Source of the DNA: an uncultured Planctomycetia bacterium
Lineage (GTDB): Bacteria; Omnitrophota; Gorgyraeia; 1-14-0-20-64-10
NCBI GenBank assembly: GCA_964373715.1
Contig: CAYJVR010000002.1
Span: forward strand, 118,521-182,520
Length of the DNA: 64,000 nt
Reading direction: 5' to 3'
Position numbers and translations under genes: made by a program. The notes beneath the pieces are model-generated. The model ran no database searches, was not told where the DNA came from, and worked only from the letters and a program-made list of their open reading frames with translations. Below, piece after piece: positions 45,483 to 54,989 of this stretch. Numbering within the stretch: position 1 is the stretch's first letter; each line of letters begins with the position of its first letter.

Positions 45483-45863
45483 ATGCTGACGGTGATCTTG
45501 GACGGCGAGAATGTTTTGAGGGCTTTAGGGTTGGTGCGGGGTTCGGACCTGACCAAGGCGGAGGAGTTCCTCCAGAGGCTCGAGATGGCCGCCTCCTCCA
45601 AGGATTGGGAGGTGACGGTCATCTTTGACGGCCCGCAGAGATATCTTCCCAGGGAATCGGGCCTGATGGTGGTCCGTTACGCCCCCGGCGGGAAGACGGC
45701 CGATTCGGTGATCGAGGCGATGGTTTACCGGATTCCCGACAGGTCCTCCGTTGTTGTTGTGACTCGCGACCGGGCTGAAGAGAATCTGGTCCTCGGGCTC
45801 GGCGCCCGGGTTTGGCCGCCCGGTCGGCTTGCCGAGGAATTAGAAAGGCCCGAGAACTGGTGA
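45483..45863 (+). CDS. NYN/YacP-like (DUF188-type) small nuclease-fold protein
   Basis: ILDGENVL...VIFDG...ADSVIE...VVVVTRD pattern reminiscent of YacP/NYN domains. Confidence 0.45.
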   Translation: MLTVILDGENVLRALGLVRGSDLTKAEEFLQRLEMAASSKDWEVTVIFDGPQRYLPRESGLMVVRYAPGGKTADSVIEAMVYRIPDRSSVVVVTRDRAEENLVLGLGARVWPPGRLAEELERPENW

Positions 45864-45871
45864 AATTGGTG

Positions 45872-46705
45872 ATGGAACTGACGGTAGTGTTTCGATTTTT
45901 TCTGCTTCTGGCGGGTTTTCTCGGCCTTCTCTACTGGGTGGGGATCCCGTTCCTGGAGAGAAGCAGCATCTACTATCCGACAAAACCGATCGACAATACG
46001 CCCGCCGCGGCGGACATTCCGTTCGATAGCGTCACATTCCCGGCCGAGGACGGGATCCGCCTTTCCGGCTGGTGGATGCCCGCTCCGGAAGGGGTCCTCG
46101 CGCGAGGAACGGTCCTCTTTTTTCATGGGAATGCGGGCAACATCAGCCATCGGCTTGATCACGCGGTACTGATCCACCGGCTCGGGTTTCATCAGCTCTT
46201 TTTTGATTACCGCGGTTACGGGGAAAGCGCCGGTTCCCCTTCGGAAAAAGGCCTGTACCGGGACGCGCTCGGGGCGGTCCGGTACCTGGAGAAACGCACA
46301 GAGGTTGATTCGAAGCGCCTCGTCTATTACGGGGAATCTCTCGGAGCGGCGGTCGCGGTTGACCTGGCAGCGAGGCGTTTGCCGGCCGTCCTCGTGCTGG
46401 AGGCTTCGTTTTCTTCGGTTCCGGAGATGGCAAAGAGGTATTATCCCTGGCTGCCGGTATGGCTCCTGCGGAGCCGTTATGATAACCTGTCTAAGATCAG
46501 GAAAATTACATGCCCAACCCTTATTTTTCACAGCCGGGACGATGAGATTGTCCCTCTGGAGCATTCCAACCGGCTGATCGAGGCGTCGGGGGCCTCCGTC
46601 TCTCGGCGGGAGGTTCTTCGGGGCGGGCACAATGAGGCATTCCTTCTGGAGATGCGCAGGATTTCAGAAGAGCTGGACCGTTTTTTCAGGGACGTTGGAT
46701 TTTAA
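45872..46705 (+). CDS. Alpha/beta hydrolase (S9/BAAT-like) with an N-terminal TM anchor
   Basis: HGNAGN oxyanion region, nucleophile elbow GESLG, downstream Asp (HSRDDEIVP) and His (GGHNEA). Confidence 0.75.
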   Translation: MELTVVFRFFLLLAGFLGLLYWVGIPFLERSSIYYPTKPIDNTPAAADIPFDSVTFPAEDGIRLSGWWMPAPEGVLARGTVLFFHGNAGNISHRLDHAVLIHRLGFHQLFFDYRGYGESAGSPSEKGLYRDALGAVRYLEKRTEVDSKRLVYYGESLGAAVAVDLAARRLPAVLVLEASFSSVPEMAKRYYPWLPVWLLRSRYDNLSKIRKITCPTLIFHSRDDEIVPLEHSNRLIEASGASVSRREVLRGGHNEAFLLEMRRISEELDRFFRDVGF

Positions 46706-46730
46706 GACGATTGGAGAGGAGGGTTTTCGC

Positions 46731-47279
46731 ATGGGATGGGTTCTTCTGGCATTAACGGTTATTGTCGTTCTCTGGGCCATTTCTAGCTACAACGGTTTTG
46801 TGCAGATGAATGTCCGGGCAGACAGTTCGTGGTCCGATATGGATGTTCAGATGAAACGCCGCTATGATCTGATCCCGAATTTGGTGGAAACGGTCAAGGG
46901 GTACGCCTCGCACGAACAGAAGGTTTTCCAGCAGGTGACCGAGGCCCGGTCCAAAGCGATGCAGGCGGGCACCCCTGAAGTGAAAGGCCAGGCCGAGGTC
47001 GGCCTGACTGGAGCGTTAAAGAGCCTCTTTGCCGTGGCGGAGGCCTATCCCCAGTTAAGGGCCAGCGAGAATTTCCAGGGTCTGCAGAGGTCTCTTGCCG
47101 AGATTGAGGAGGCAATCCAGAACTCGAGGCGGTATTACAACGCCGTTGTCCGGGATTTCAACACGAAACTCGGCGTGATTCCCGACAGCGTCATCGGCTC
47201 TCTTGCCGGCTTCAAGAAGAGGGAATTTTTTCAGCTGGATAGCTCCGAGGAACGCAAGAACGTCAAGGTGTCCTTTTAA
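46731..47279 (+). CDS. lemA: LemA-family membrane protein
   Basis: GGAGG RBS, N-terminal TM helix, DVQMKRRYDLIPNLVETVKGYASHE and AVAEAYPQLRASENFQ signatures. Confidence 0.8.
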   Translation: MGWVLLALTVIVVLWAISSYNGFVQMNVRADSSWSDMDVQMKRRYDLIPNLVETVKGYASHEQKVFQQVTEARSKAMQAGTPEVKGQAEVGLTGALKSLFAVAEAYPQLRASENFQGLQRSLAEIEEAIQNSRRYYNAVVRDFNTKLGVIPDSVIGSLAGFKKREFFQLDSSEERKNVKVSF

Positions 47280-47295
47280 TAACGGAGTGTGAGTT

Positions 47296-47931
47296 ATGGC
47301 AACGAATAGAACGTTAAATCGGATTGAAGAGCGCATGGCCGGTTTAGAACCTGGAACAATCCGGTATGAGGCGCTCGAAGCAGCGAAGCGGTTTAAAAAT
47401 TCCTGGATCGATTTGGGCCGTTTGCTGTGGACCGTCTACCGGGAGAAGAAATTCAAGGAATGGGGGTATTTAAGTTTTGACGCCTACTGCGCGAAAGAGG
47501 TGGGGATACGGTCGGCGACGGCGAAGAAACTCCTCCAATCCTATTATTTCCTGGAGAAGGAGGAACCCTCCGTTTTGAGGAAGCTTCAGGAGGAGCCTCC
47601 GGCCAAGTTGCCGCAGGCCGATTCGGTTAACATGCTGCGGCTTTTGAAAAACAGGCAGAATGTTCCGGCCGACGATTACCAGCAGGTACGCAGCTACGTT
47701 TTGGAAAAGGGTGGAGAGGCGCAGGAGGTGCGCAGGGAGATCCGCTCTCTCCTCGAGGAATTACAGCCCGATCCTCAGGCCGCCCGCGCGGCGCGCCGGA
47801 CCAGTTCGATCCGCAGGGCGATCGGCACGCTGAGGTCGCTGAAGGTTGAATTCGAAGAGTCGAAACTTCTGCCGGTCAAACTCCTGGCGGAAATCGATGC
47901 GTTGGCCAAGAAACTGGAAGAGGTTCTTTGA
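47296..47931 (+). CDS. Hypothetical protein (211 aa, helical, charged)
   Basis: Clean ORF with coding-like composition directly after lemA; no recognisable motif. Confidence 0.45.
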   Translation: MATNRTLNRIEERMAGLEPGTIRYEALEAAKRFKNSWIDLGRLLWTVYREKKFKEWGYLSFDAYCAKEVGIRSATAKKLLQSYYFLEKEEPSVLRKLQEEPPAKLPQADSVNMLRLLKNRQNVPADDYQQVRSYVLEKGGEAQEVRREIRSLLEELQPDPQAARAARRTSSIRRAIGTLRSLKVEFEESKLLPVKLLAEIDALAKKLEEVL

Positions 47932-48036
47932 GAAGGATCAGCTGTAGCCGGGATTTCCTTTAACGGGTATTTTCCCGGAGGATTTTATTGATTTCGTTGT
48001 ATTCTGATGCAAACGGGGGGTGCTGAAGGGACTGCT

Positions 48037-49290
48037 ATGAAACCGATCGGACTCAAACGCGGTTACAGGACTCCTTTTGTCAAGATGGGCCGGGAGTACT
48101 CCCGGTCCAACGCGGTGGATCTGTCGGTGGTTTTGATCAACGGGATGATCGAAAAAAAGGATTTTCCCGTCGAGAAGATCCAGCATGTGATCTGGGGGAT
48201 GGTTGTTGCCGACCCGAACATCTACTCGGTCGCGCGGGAAGCGGTGCTCGGTTCCCGCCTCGATAACCGGGTGGAAGCCTACAGCGTTTCCAGAGCCTGC
48301 GCCACCTCTCTCCAAGCGGCGGTCAACGCCGTTTCCTTTTACAACACTTTCCCCGATGAACCCTCCGTCACATTGGTCGGCGGAGTCGAATCTTTTTCCG
48401 CCGCCCGGCCGGTTTTGACGGACAAGGCGTCATTCTTCTTCAAGACGTGGGCCGGCAAAGAGCCAATCTCGAGCAAGCTGCCGGTTCTTTTCAGCACACC
48501 GCCGTGGGAGCTCCTGCCTGTTCCTCCGTCGGCGAAGGAGTATTCCACGGGGCTGACGATGGGGGAACACTGCGAGTTGATGGTCAAGCAGTTCAAGATT
48601 TCCAGGCACCGGCAGGACCAGCTTGCTTTTCAGTCCCATAGGAATGCCGCCGCCGCGTGCGATTATATCCGCCCTCAGTTGATTTTTGTCGGAAAGGCGA
48701 ACCGGGACACGATCATCCGGGACGACACCTCGGTGGAGGCTCTCGCGCAGCTGCAGCCCTCTTTTGACCGCAGCTCGAGCGGCACGATTACGGCCGGCAA
48801 CGCAAGCCCCTTTACCGATGGTGCCGCGGCTCTCTGCGTCGTGTCTCCCTCGCTGGAAAGTCAAATTCCGCCGGATGCCTACATGGCCGATTTTGAGTTC
48901 GTCGGTGTGGAGCCGAAGGAGGGCCTGCTCATGGGTCCGGGCAAGGCGATGTTGCGCCTTCTTCAAAGAAACCGTTTGCGGTGGAATGACTTGGACTACA
49001 TTGAGGTGCACGAGGCTTTCGCCGGCCAGGTTTTGTGCAACGTGGATGCCGTCAACAGCCCAATTTACAGGCAGAAAGTTTATGAGGTCGACTACGATGC
49101 CGGTACCCTCGATGAAGGAAAGCTCAACCCCTGGGGATCTTCGATCTCTTATGGGCATCCTTTCGGGGCGACTGGCGCCAGGATGCTGAACCAGGCTGTT
49201 ACCTATCTCAAAGAGAAAAAAAGAGAGAGGGCGCTGTTGGGCGTTTGTACTGCCGGCGGGCTGGCGGGCGCGGCGTTGGTCATCCGTTAA
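48037..49290 (+). CDS. Thiolase-family acetyl-CoA C-acyltransferase
   Basis: Active-site Cys in SRACATSLQA; C-terminal GHPFGATGARM and GLCTAGGLAGAALV motifs. Confidence 0.8.
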   Translation: MKPIGLKRGYRTPFVKMGREYSRSNAVDLSVVLINGMIEKKDFPVEKIQHVIWGMVVADPNIYSVAREAVLGSRLDNRVEAYSVSRACATSLQAAVNAVSFYNTFPDEPSVTLVGGVESFSAARPVLTDKASFFFKTWAGKEPISSKLPVLFSTPPWELLPVPPSAKEYSTGLTMGEHCELMVKQFKISRHRQDQLAFQSHRNAAAACDYIRPQLIFVGKANRDTIIRDDTSVEALAQLQPSFDRSSSGTITAGNASPFTDGAAALCVVSPSLESQIPPDAYMADFEFVGVEPKEGLLMGPGKAMLRLLQRNRLRWNDLDYIEVHEAFAGQVLCNVDAVNSPIYRQKVYEVDYDAGTLDEGKLNPWGSSISYGHPFGATGARMLNQAVTYLKEKKRERALLGVCTAGGLAGAALVIR

Positions 49291-49303
49291 CCACCCGCTT
49301 CCG

Positions 49304-49687
49304 ATGACTCTTCTGGAAAAGGTTTCCCTCTGGGGACCGGTTTTTCTTTACGTTTGTTTTATCTTCTGGCTCTCCTCCGCTCCTCGTGTGATCCCCGGGA
49401 TGGCCCGTTTCCCGTGGATGGACAAACCTCTGCATGCGGTGGAATATCTCCCTTTGGGGTTCCTCACGATCCGGGCTGCCGGCCTAACCTGGCCTCGCTG
49501 GCCGCTCGGCAGAATAGCCCTGTTGGGGTTTTTCTTTGCCTGTTTCATCGGAATGGCGGATGAATTTTACCAAAGGTTCACGCCGATGAGGTTTTCCTCC
49601 TCCCTCGATACCGCGGCTGATCTGGTCGGAGCCTCTCTCGGCCAGTTGGCCGGCTGGGCCCTTCTTTTCAGGAAAAATCGAGAGTAG
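49304..49687 (+). CDS. VanZ-like small membrane protein
   Basis: Four TM helices with DKPLHAVEY and MADEFYQRF motifs typical of the VanZ family. Confidence 0.6.
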   Translation: MTLLEKVSLWGPVFLYVCFIFWLSSAPRVIPGMARFPWMDKPLHAVEYLPLGFLTIRAAGLTWPRWPLGRIALLGFFFACFIGMADEFYQRFTPMRFSSSLDTAADLVGASLGQLAGWALLFRKNRE

Positions 49688-50387
49688 CCAACACCCCGTA
49701 ATGGTCGGAAGGATAAAAACCCGTAATGTCGGGCTGCTGGCAGACAATGTCACACCGGGAAGGGATACACCAACGGGCGGTTTCTTTGTGGAGAAAAAGA
49801 AAATCAATCCTTCTGTTAGGAAACCGGACGGAGTGCGATTGGATGAAAGGGTTCTGGTTGTCCCATGTGATTCCCGGATCTTCCGGATGAAGGCGGTAAA
49901 AGAGGTCCACGAACCGGTTTTCTCCCATCAACCGGATCGGTTCCTGATCCGGAGTCGCGTTGAAGTCGCCGCCCAAAAGGATCCGGTCTTCCCAGGGGGC
50001 GGCGGTCTTCAGCAGCTCCGTTACTTGGCCGAGGCGGGAGGCCTCGGCCTCCTCTTTCCACGACAGGTGCGTTGTTCCCACCCACAGATCCGCCGATCCG
50101 ACCTGCAGTCTTGCCAGCAGAACCCCTCTGAAGCCCTCTTCGAGCGGAGAGACGGTCCGGTAGGGGATGTGACGGTACTCCACGACCGGGAACCGGCTCA
50201 AGATTGCCAAGCCAGTCTCCGGCTCCTGCAGGCAGGTCGGATAATCGAGACTCTCGAGGAGCCCCGGGATTGTTGCTTCCTGGAGGCAGAGGATATCGGC
50301 CTTCAGGCGCCGGATCGCTTGCGCGAGGACAACCAGCCGTCCCTGGGGGCCGTATGTTCCCCAGCAGTTCAGAGTCAGAACATTCAT
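49668..50387 (-). CDS. Endonuclease/exonuclease/phosphatase (EEP) family protein
   Basis: LNCWG...LCLQE N-terminal motif, GGDFNATP and SDHYGV C-terminal motifs. Confidence 0.75.
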   Translation of the reverse strand: MNVLTLNCWGTYGPQGRLVVLAQAIRRLKADILCLQEATIPGLLESLDYPTCLQEPETGLAILSRFPVVEYRHIPYRTVSPLEEGFRGVLLARLQVGSADLWVGTTHLSWKEEAEASRLGQVTELLKTAAPWEDRILLGGDFNATPDQEPIRLMGENRFVDLFYRLHPEDPGITWDNQNPFIQSHSVRFPNRRIDFLFLHKETARWCIPSRCDIVCQQPDITGFYPSDHYGVLATLDFS

Positions 50388-50404
50388 TTCGGTGCGATAA
50401 TACC

Positions 50405-51562
50405 ATGTTTTCCCGACGAGCATTCTGGGATCTAACCCAAAACAAGCTGGCTCAAAAAAAGGAAGCCCTCCTCAAAGAGCCGGATCTCATTGATTTAACG
50501 GAGAGTAACCCAACCCGGTGCGGTCTTCTTCCACCGGTCGCCTTTTTGAAGGAATTGGCGGTTGCGGAGGCTCTTTCTTATGATCCGGATCCCAAAGGGG
50601 GTCTTGCCGCCAGGGAAGCGGTGGTTTCTATTTATGCCGCTAAGGGGGTCCGGATAGGCCTTCAACAGGTTCTTTTGACCTCCGGCACGAGCGAGGCGTA
50701 CGCCTATTTGTTGAAACTCTTGTGCGATCCGGCAGACGAGATTCTGGTCCCGTCGCCGAGCTACCCGCTGTTTGATTATTTAGCGGGTTTAAACGATGTT
50801 ACGCCGGTGAGCTATCCGCTGTGTTACGACGGCAGATGGAGGACCCGGGCGGTTGAAATAGAAAAGAGGATTACCGACCGGACGAAAGCGGTCGTTGCCG
50901 TTCATCCGAATAATCCCACAGGTTCCTGCCTCCGCCGCCAAGAAGCGGACGAGATCGCGTCGCTCTGCCGCCAGCGGCGGCTTCCGCTGATCGCGGATGA
51001 AGTTTTCGCCGAGTATCTCTATGAACCCTTGCCGGATCTGCCGCTCACGCTTGGCGGCGGAGAAGGGGCGCTTATTTTTTGCCTGGGAGGGTTATCCAAG
51101 TTCCTTGGGCTGCCCCAGATGAAGCTCGGCTGGATCGCGGCGACCGGTCCTGAGCCCCTCGTATCTGAAGCGCTGGCGAGGCTTGAGATGATCGCCGACA
51201 CCTACTTATCGGTGAACACGCCGGTGCAGATTGCTTCCACGAAGTGGCTGAGCAGTGCCGCGATTTTCCAGGAGCCGATCAGGAAGAGGATCTTTTCGAA
51301 CAGAAGGTGTTTGTCGGACCGGTTGTCTCGCGCTGGCGCCTGTTTGCTGGCTGCCGACGGGGGATGGAGCGCTGTTATGGAGATTCCGGGCTGTTTGGAG
51401 GATGAAGGACTTGTCTTAAGATGGCTTCAGGAGCGGCATCTGGTTGTTTATCCCGGCTATTTCTTTGATTTTGACCGCCCTGGTTTCTTTGTGCTGAGCC
51501 TGCTTCTTCCGGAGGCCTCTTTCGAGGAGGGGGTCCGCCGCCTCATTCAAGGTCTTCCTTGA
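50405..51562 (+). CDS. PLP-dependent aminotransferase (class I/II fold)
   Basis: DLTESNPT N-terminal region, NPTGS motif, and LSKFLGLPQMKLGW (Schiff-base Lys region). Confidence 0.8.
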   Translation: MFSRRAFWDLTQNKLAQKKEALLKEPDLIDLTESNPTRCGLLPPVAFLKELAVAEALSYDPDPKGGLAAREAVVSIYAAKGVRIGLQQVLLTSGTSEAYAYLLKLLCDPADEILVPSPSYPLFDYLAGLNDVTPVSYPLCYDGRWRTRAVEIEKRITDRTKAVVAVHPNNPTGSCLRRQEADEIASLCRQRRLPLIADEVFAEYLYEPLPDLPLTLGGGEGALIFCLGGLSKFLGLPQMKLGWIAATGPEPLVSEALARLEMIADTYLSVNTPVQIASTKWLSSAAIFQEPIRKRIFSNRRCLSDRLSRAGACLLAADGGWSAVMEIPGCLEDEGLVLRWLQERHLVVYPGYFFDFDRPGFFVLSLLLPEASFEEGVRRLIQGLP

Positions 51563-51599
51563 AGGGGGTGGCCGGCTGTTCTACAATAGAAAGAACGTT

Positions 51600-52571
51600 A
51601 TGCGGATCTATTCCCGAGGTTATAAGGATGGTTTTATCCGGTTTGCGCTGATTCAAGGCCTGCTTGCCGTCTCTGTTCTTGCGGCGGGGTTTTTTTTTGT
51701 CGTCAGCAGGCCTGCTCATCCACCGGTTTTAGAACAACCGCCAGCTGCGGCTGTTCCGGCGGTTCTCGAAAAAGGGGCTATTCCCGGGAATGTCCCGTGG
51801 CCTTTTATGCATGAACGGGGTTCTTATCAGGCCAAGATAGCCGAAACCGGTAAAGCTATTTGGGGCGCCGATTGGGAAACCACCGTTTCCACTCAAGAAG
51901 GCCAAACACGGATTGAGATTCTTGAGCAGGGGCAGGGCCAGCCGGTCCGCTACTCGGAGCCGATCCGGTGGGAGAAGAGGATGGTTTTATCCGCGAAGCC
52001 GGATTTTGCCGAACCCCCCGCCCTCTCCCCGGTTCTTTTTCAGTCCATTGAGGGGACCCGGTGGACCAGTCAGGGGCAGGTCTTAAGCCGGATGGATGTC
52101 CGCGTGGATCCCAGCCGGCAGAAGATCTCGTACATGGATGAGGAGACGGGTAAATCCAGGGTGACCAAGACCTTCGGCTGGACCCCGGAGTCTTTCCCGG
52201 ACGAGTTCCTGTTTCATTGGGCCCGCACTCTGCCGTTCGACCAGATTAAAAAAGGCTCTTCGGCCGGCGGGGATACGGTTCTTCCTCAGGGGCAGTGCAA
52301 CCTGATCCTTTCGCCCACCCGCCAGTTCAGGATCAATGCCAAACTGACTGGCCTGGAGGAGGTCAAAACCCCCGCGGGCACCTTCTCTTGCTATCGCGTG
52401 GAGCTGATTCCCCAGCTTTTCGGCCCGCTCAAGAAATTCGTTCCTAAGATGGCGCTTTGGTGCGTCGCTGATTGGCCCCATTACTGGGTTCGATACCAAG
52501 GGCCCGCCGGAGGGCCGGGATCTCCCCAGGCCATTATCGAGCTGGTCAAATTCGAGAGTTCTTCCGAATAA
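51600..52571 (+). CDS. Hypothetical exported/membrane-anchored protein (DUF3108-like)
   Basis: N-terminal TM helix; TPAGTFSCYRVELIP beta-rich C-terminal region. The family call is tentative. Confidence 0.45.
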   Translation: MRIYSRGYKDGFIRFALIQGLLAVSVLAAGFFFVVSRPAHPPVLEQPPAAAVPAVLEKGAIPGNVPWPFMHERGSYQAKIAETGKAIWGADWETTVSTQEGQTRIEILEQGQGQPVRYSEPIRWEKRMVLSAKPDFAEPPALSPVLFQSIEGTRWTSQGQVLSRMDVRVDPSRQKISYMDEETGKSRVTKTFGWTPESFPDEFLFHWARTLPFDQIKKGSSAGGDTVLPQGQCNLILSPTRQFRINAKLTGLEEVKTPAGTFSCYRVELIPQLFGPLKKFVPKMALWCVADWPHYWVRYQGPAGGPGSPQAIIELVKFESSSE

Positions 52572-52581
52572 CCCGCCTTAC

Positions 52582-52610
52582 CTTGACAAACTTCTTGGGA
52601 TATGGAATAC
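52582..52610 (+). promoter_or_regulatory. Sigma-70-like promoter (TTGACA-N17-AATACT) upstream of a long cspA 5' leader of about 150 nt
   Basis: TTGACA at 52582-52587 and AATACT at 52605-52610, with a 17-nt spacer. Confidence 0.4.
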
Positions 52611-52765
52611 TTTTAAAGTAGGAAGCAGTATGTGTAACCCGAGGTGCTTGAAACAATTGAAAGTGTCTAAAGATGGCCGTCGGTTTGTCTGCTGACGGTC
52701 GTTGTTGTTTACAGGGCCACGGGGACTCATCTCAACAAAGTTAAAGAAGGAGTCTCTACTCTAAG

Positions 52766-52972
52766 ATGCCAAAAGGAACAGTGAAGTGGTTCAGTGATCA
52801 AAAAGGTTACGGGTTTATCACTCCGGAGAATGGCAAGGACGTTTTTGTCCATTACAGCGCCATCAGCGGAGATGGATTCAAGACCCTTCGCGAAGGCGAA
52901 TCGGTCGAGTTCGAGATTACCCGTGGTCCCAAGGGGGAACAAGCTACAAACGTCAAGCGGTTGAGCGCGTAA
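52766..52972 (+). CDS. cspA: Cold-shock protein (CspA family)
   Basis: [15 protein letters not shown] and [11 protein letters not shown] motifs; 68 aa. Confidence 0.95.
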   Translation: MPKGTVKWFSDQKGYGFITPENGKDVFVHYSAISGDGFKTLREGESVEFEITRGPKGEQATNVKRLSA

Positions 52973-52994
52973 CTCCTGAATCACTCGCATCAAT

Positions 52995-53034
52995 AAAAGC
53001 GGGCCTTGGGGTTTCCTCAAGGCCCGCTTTACTT
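52995..53034 (+). terminator. Rho-independent terminator after cspA
   Basis: 13-bp stem AAAGCGGGCCTTG / CAAGGCCCGCTTT with a 9-nt loop, followed by ACTTTCGG. Confidence 0.55.
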
Positions 53035-53283
53035 TCGGCATTGCAGGGGGCTGGACAAATCCTCGATAGAGAGGTATGATGTGGTTCTGTTTGGATGGTG
53101 TGAGAAACCAATGAATCGTATAAACACGGTAAAAAAGATTTTTTATCGCCCTACCATTATGGCGGTTGCCATGTGGCGGAAGACGGACACGGTCCGTCTA
53201 GACCACGCATGCCGCCGATCATGGGTTTTTGAGGAGGTATTACCGGCCAGTTAGCGTTTCATTTAAACACGGCTCATCTCAAA

Positions 53284-53317
53284 GCCCATGATCGAGGTTC
53301 GATCGTGGGCTTTTTTG
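53284..53317 (+). terminator. Strong rho-independent terminator with no convincing upstream ORF
   Basis: 11-bp stem GCCCATGATCG / CGATCGTGGGC (one G-U), a 5-nt loop, then TTTTTTGTTG. Confidence 0.6.
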
Positions 53318-53353
53318 TTGTCCGGTTGGTTTTTCTAAAAAGGAGAAGAAACA

Positions 53354-53566
53354 ATGCAAACGATACGGGAAAGACCCAGGGCTCCGACCCTGTTGAAGGT
53401 GAAGAAAGATCCCGTAAAGCTGACGGCGCTTTTGTACCTGAAGGAGGCTGTTTTAGCCCAACGGTATGAGCAGTGCCCGGACTTTATCCGGATAGCTCAG
53501 GAGTTCGGCGCCCAGGAAATGGAAATCAATGAACTGCTGGAAGATCCCAGAAGAACACCGCGCTGA
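53354..53566 (+). CDS. Hypothetical small protein (70 aa)
   Basis: GGAG RBS upstream; no recognisable motif. Confidence 0.35.
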   Translation: MQTIRERPRAPTLLKVKKDPVKLTALLYLKEAVLAQRYEQCPDFIRIAQEFGAQEMEINELLEDPRRTPR

Positions 53567-53612
53567 CAGTGTCGGCGGTTTTTCTGAGGGAGGAGACTGC
53601 CTGCTGAAAAGG

Positions 53613-54479
53613 CTAGGCGGCGACGGCTTCTTCTGCCGGCGTCCGGTTCAGCCGGTTTTGCTGCTCGGCGGAGGGAAGCTGGATATCTCGGGCGAGCCGG
53701 AATGCCGCCAGCGTACGTATTGTCCAGTAAGTGATGTCGAACTCCCACCATTTCAGGCCGTGGGCGGCGGACCGGAGGAAGGCGTGGTGGTTATTGTGCC
53801 AACCCTCGCCGTAGGTCAAGAAAGCCACCCACCAGTTGTTGGTGGACTGATCTTCCGTGGCCCATGTCCGGTAACCCCATGTGTGGGCCGCCGAATTGAC
53901 AAGCCAGGTGCAGTGCCACATGAAGACGGTTCTCAGGAAGATGCCCCAGAGCACCATGGGCCAGCCTCCCCAGAGGTAAAGGACTATGCCCAGAATCGGC
54001 TGATAGATGCCGTGCGTGTCGTTCAGGAACCGGTAAACCCGGTCATTTGCCAAGTCGGGGGCGTAGTGCCGGTACTTTTCAAAGATATCGAGCCTCTCAT
54101 CGAAGGTGAAAAGCCATCCCATGTGGGCCCACCAGAAGCTTTTGGTCGGGCTGTGGGGATCGGTCGATTTATCCGAATCGGCGTGGTGAAGGCGGTGGAT
54201 TGCCACCCATTTGATCGGGCCGTTTTGGTACGCGAGACAGCCGAACAGGGCGAGAAGATACTCCAGGGGCTTCCACAAGCGGAAAGACCGGTGCGTCAAG
54301 AGGCGATGGTAGCATAGGCAAATGCCGAGGCCGCCGGTCAGCCACTGAAGCACGAAGAAGGCCCAAAATCCCTTCCACGTGAAGTTAAAAAGTGCCGTCG
54401 CTGCAATCACGTGAATAGCAATAAAGGCTATAATGCTGTCCCACTTGATTTTCAGGCGGTTTAGGTCTAGAGGCTGCAT
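53613..54479 (-). CDS. Acyl-CoA / acyl-lipid Δ9 fatty-acid desaturase
   Basis: Three His boxes (HRLLTHRSF, HRLHHADSDKSTDPH, HNNHHAF) and 4 TM helices. Confidence 0.85.
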   Translation of the reverse strand: MQPLDLNRLKIKWDSIIAFIAIHVIAATALFNFTWKGFWAFFVLQWLTGGLGICLCYHRLLTHRSFRLWKPLEYLLALFGCLAYQNGPIKWVAIHRLHHADSDKSTDPHSPTKSFWWAHMGWLFTFDERLDIFEKYRHYAPDLANDRVYRFLNDTHGIYQPILGIVLYLWGGWPMVLWGIFLRTVFMWHCTWLVNSAAHTWGYRTWATEDQSTNNWWVAFLTYGEGWHNNHHAFLRSAAHGLKWWEFDITYWTIRTLAAFRLARDIQLPSAEQQNRLNRTPAEEAVAA

Positions 54480-54530
54480 AACTATATGAGTGTACCATAT
54501 ATTCTCGTCGAGGGCAAAGGGTAAAACGGT

Positions 54531-54595
54531 TTGGTAATGGCCTCGTTTAACAGTTCCCCGAGGCGGAGCAAACTAGGCCATTACCAACGGTTTTT
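54531..54595 (+). other. Long hairpin (12-bp perfect stem, about 33-nt loop) followed by CGGTTTTT. Terminator or attenuator-like element with no plus-strand gene upstream.
   Basis: TTGGTAATGGCC at 54531-54542 pairs with GGCCATTACCAA at 54576-54587; a T-tract follows at 54590-54595. Confidence 0.35.
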
Positions 54596-54730
54596 GCCCG
54601 AATAATTTGGCTGGAAGCAAGGGGAGCGAAGGTGTAGATTAAGCCTCGTAAGGGGTGATTTGCGGCAGCCGGAGATATCCCGTCCTCTCCGGGATGGACA
54701 CCACGGTTTTTAACATAAGGAGAATGCAGG

Positions 54731-54952
54731 ATGGCTGCAGGATTCCCGATCTGTGCGCGCATAGTTCTCGGATGGGTTCTTCTTGCGGGTCAGTCTGTTA
54801 TTCCCACACCGAACCAGGCTCAGGTAGCCGCGACCCTCTCACAGTTGCCCGGTATCAGCCGGCTCTGCGATGAGGAGTTGTTTTCGGCGAGCCTGACGAT
54901 GAAAACAATAGAGGAGATCAAAGCGTCTCTCGCTGTCCTCCAATCAGCCTGA
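54731..54952 (+). CDS. Hypothetical small exported protein (73 aa)
   Basis: AAGGAG RBS 8 nt upstream of the ATG; signal-peptide-like N-terminus. Confidence 0.3.
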   Translation: MAAGFPICARIVLGWVLLAGQSVIPTPNQAQVAATLSQLPGISRLCDEELFSASLTMKTIEEIKASLAVLQSA

Positions 54953-54989
54953 TGATTTCCCATAATCCCGCTTCCTTGAATGAAACTTT

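Noticed and set aside
45725-46630. 301-aa minus-strand ORF
   Set aside because: Antisense to the alpha/beta hydrolase (GESLG nucleophile elbow on plus strand); Arg/Pro-rich.
48430-49158. 242-aa minus-strand ORF
   Set aside because: Antisense to the thiolase gene (active-site Cys and C-terminal GHPFGATG in plus frame).
50387-50405. Only a 17-nt gap between the divergent starts of the EEP gene (minus) and the aminotransferase (plus)
   Set aside because: Too short for two promoters. It is more likely that one of the start codons is further inside (alternative Met later in the aminotransferase N-terminus). Not treated as a regulatory feature.
53006-53254. 82-aa plus-strand ORF after cspA
   Set aside because: It starts inside the cspA terminator hairpin, has no RBS, and has odd composition. 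The region is treated as non-coding (possible sRNA) instead.
53529-54317. 262-aa plus-strand ORF
   Set aside because: Antisense to the desaturase, whose three His boxes identify the real frame.
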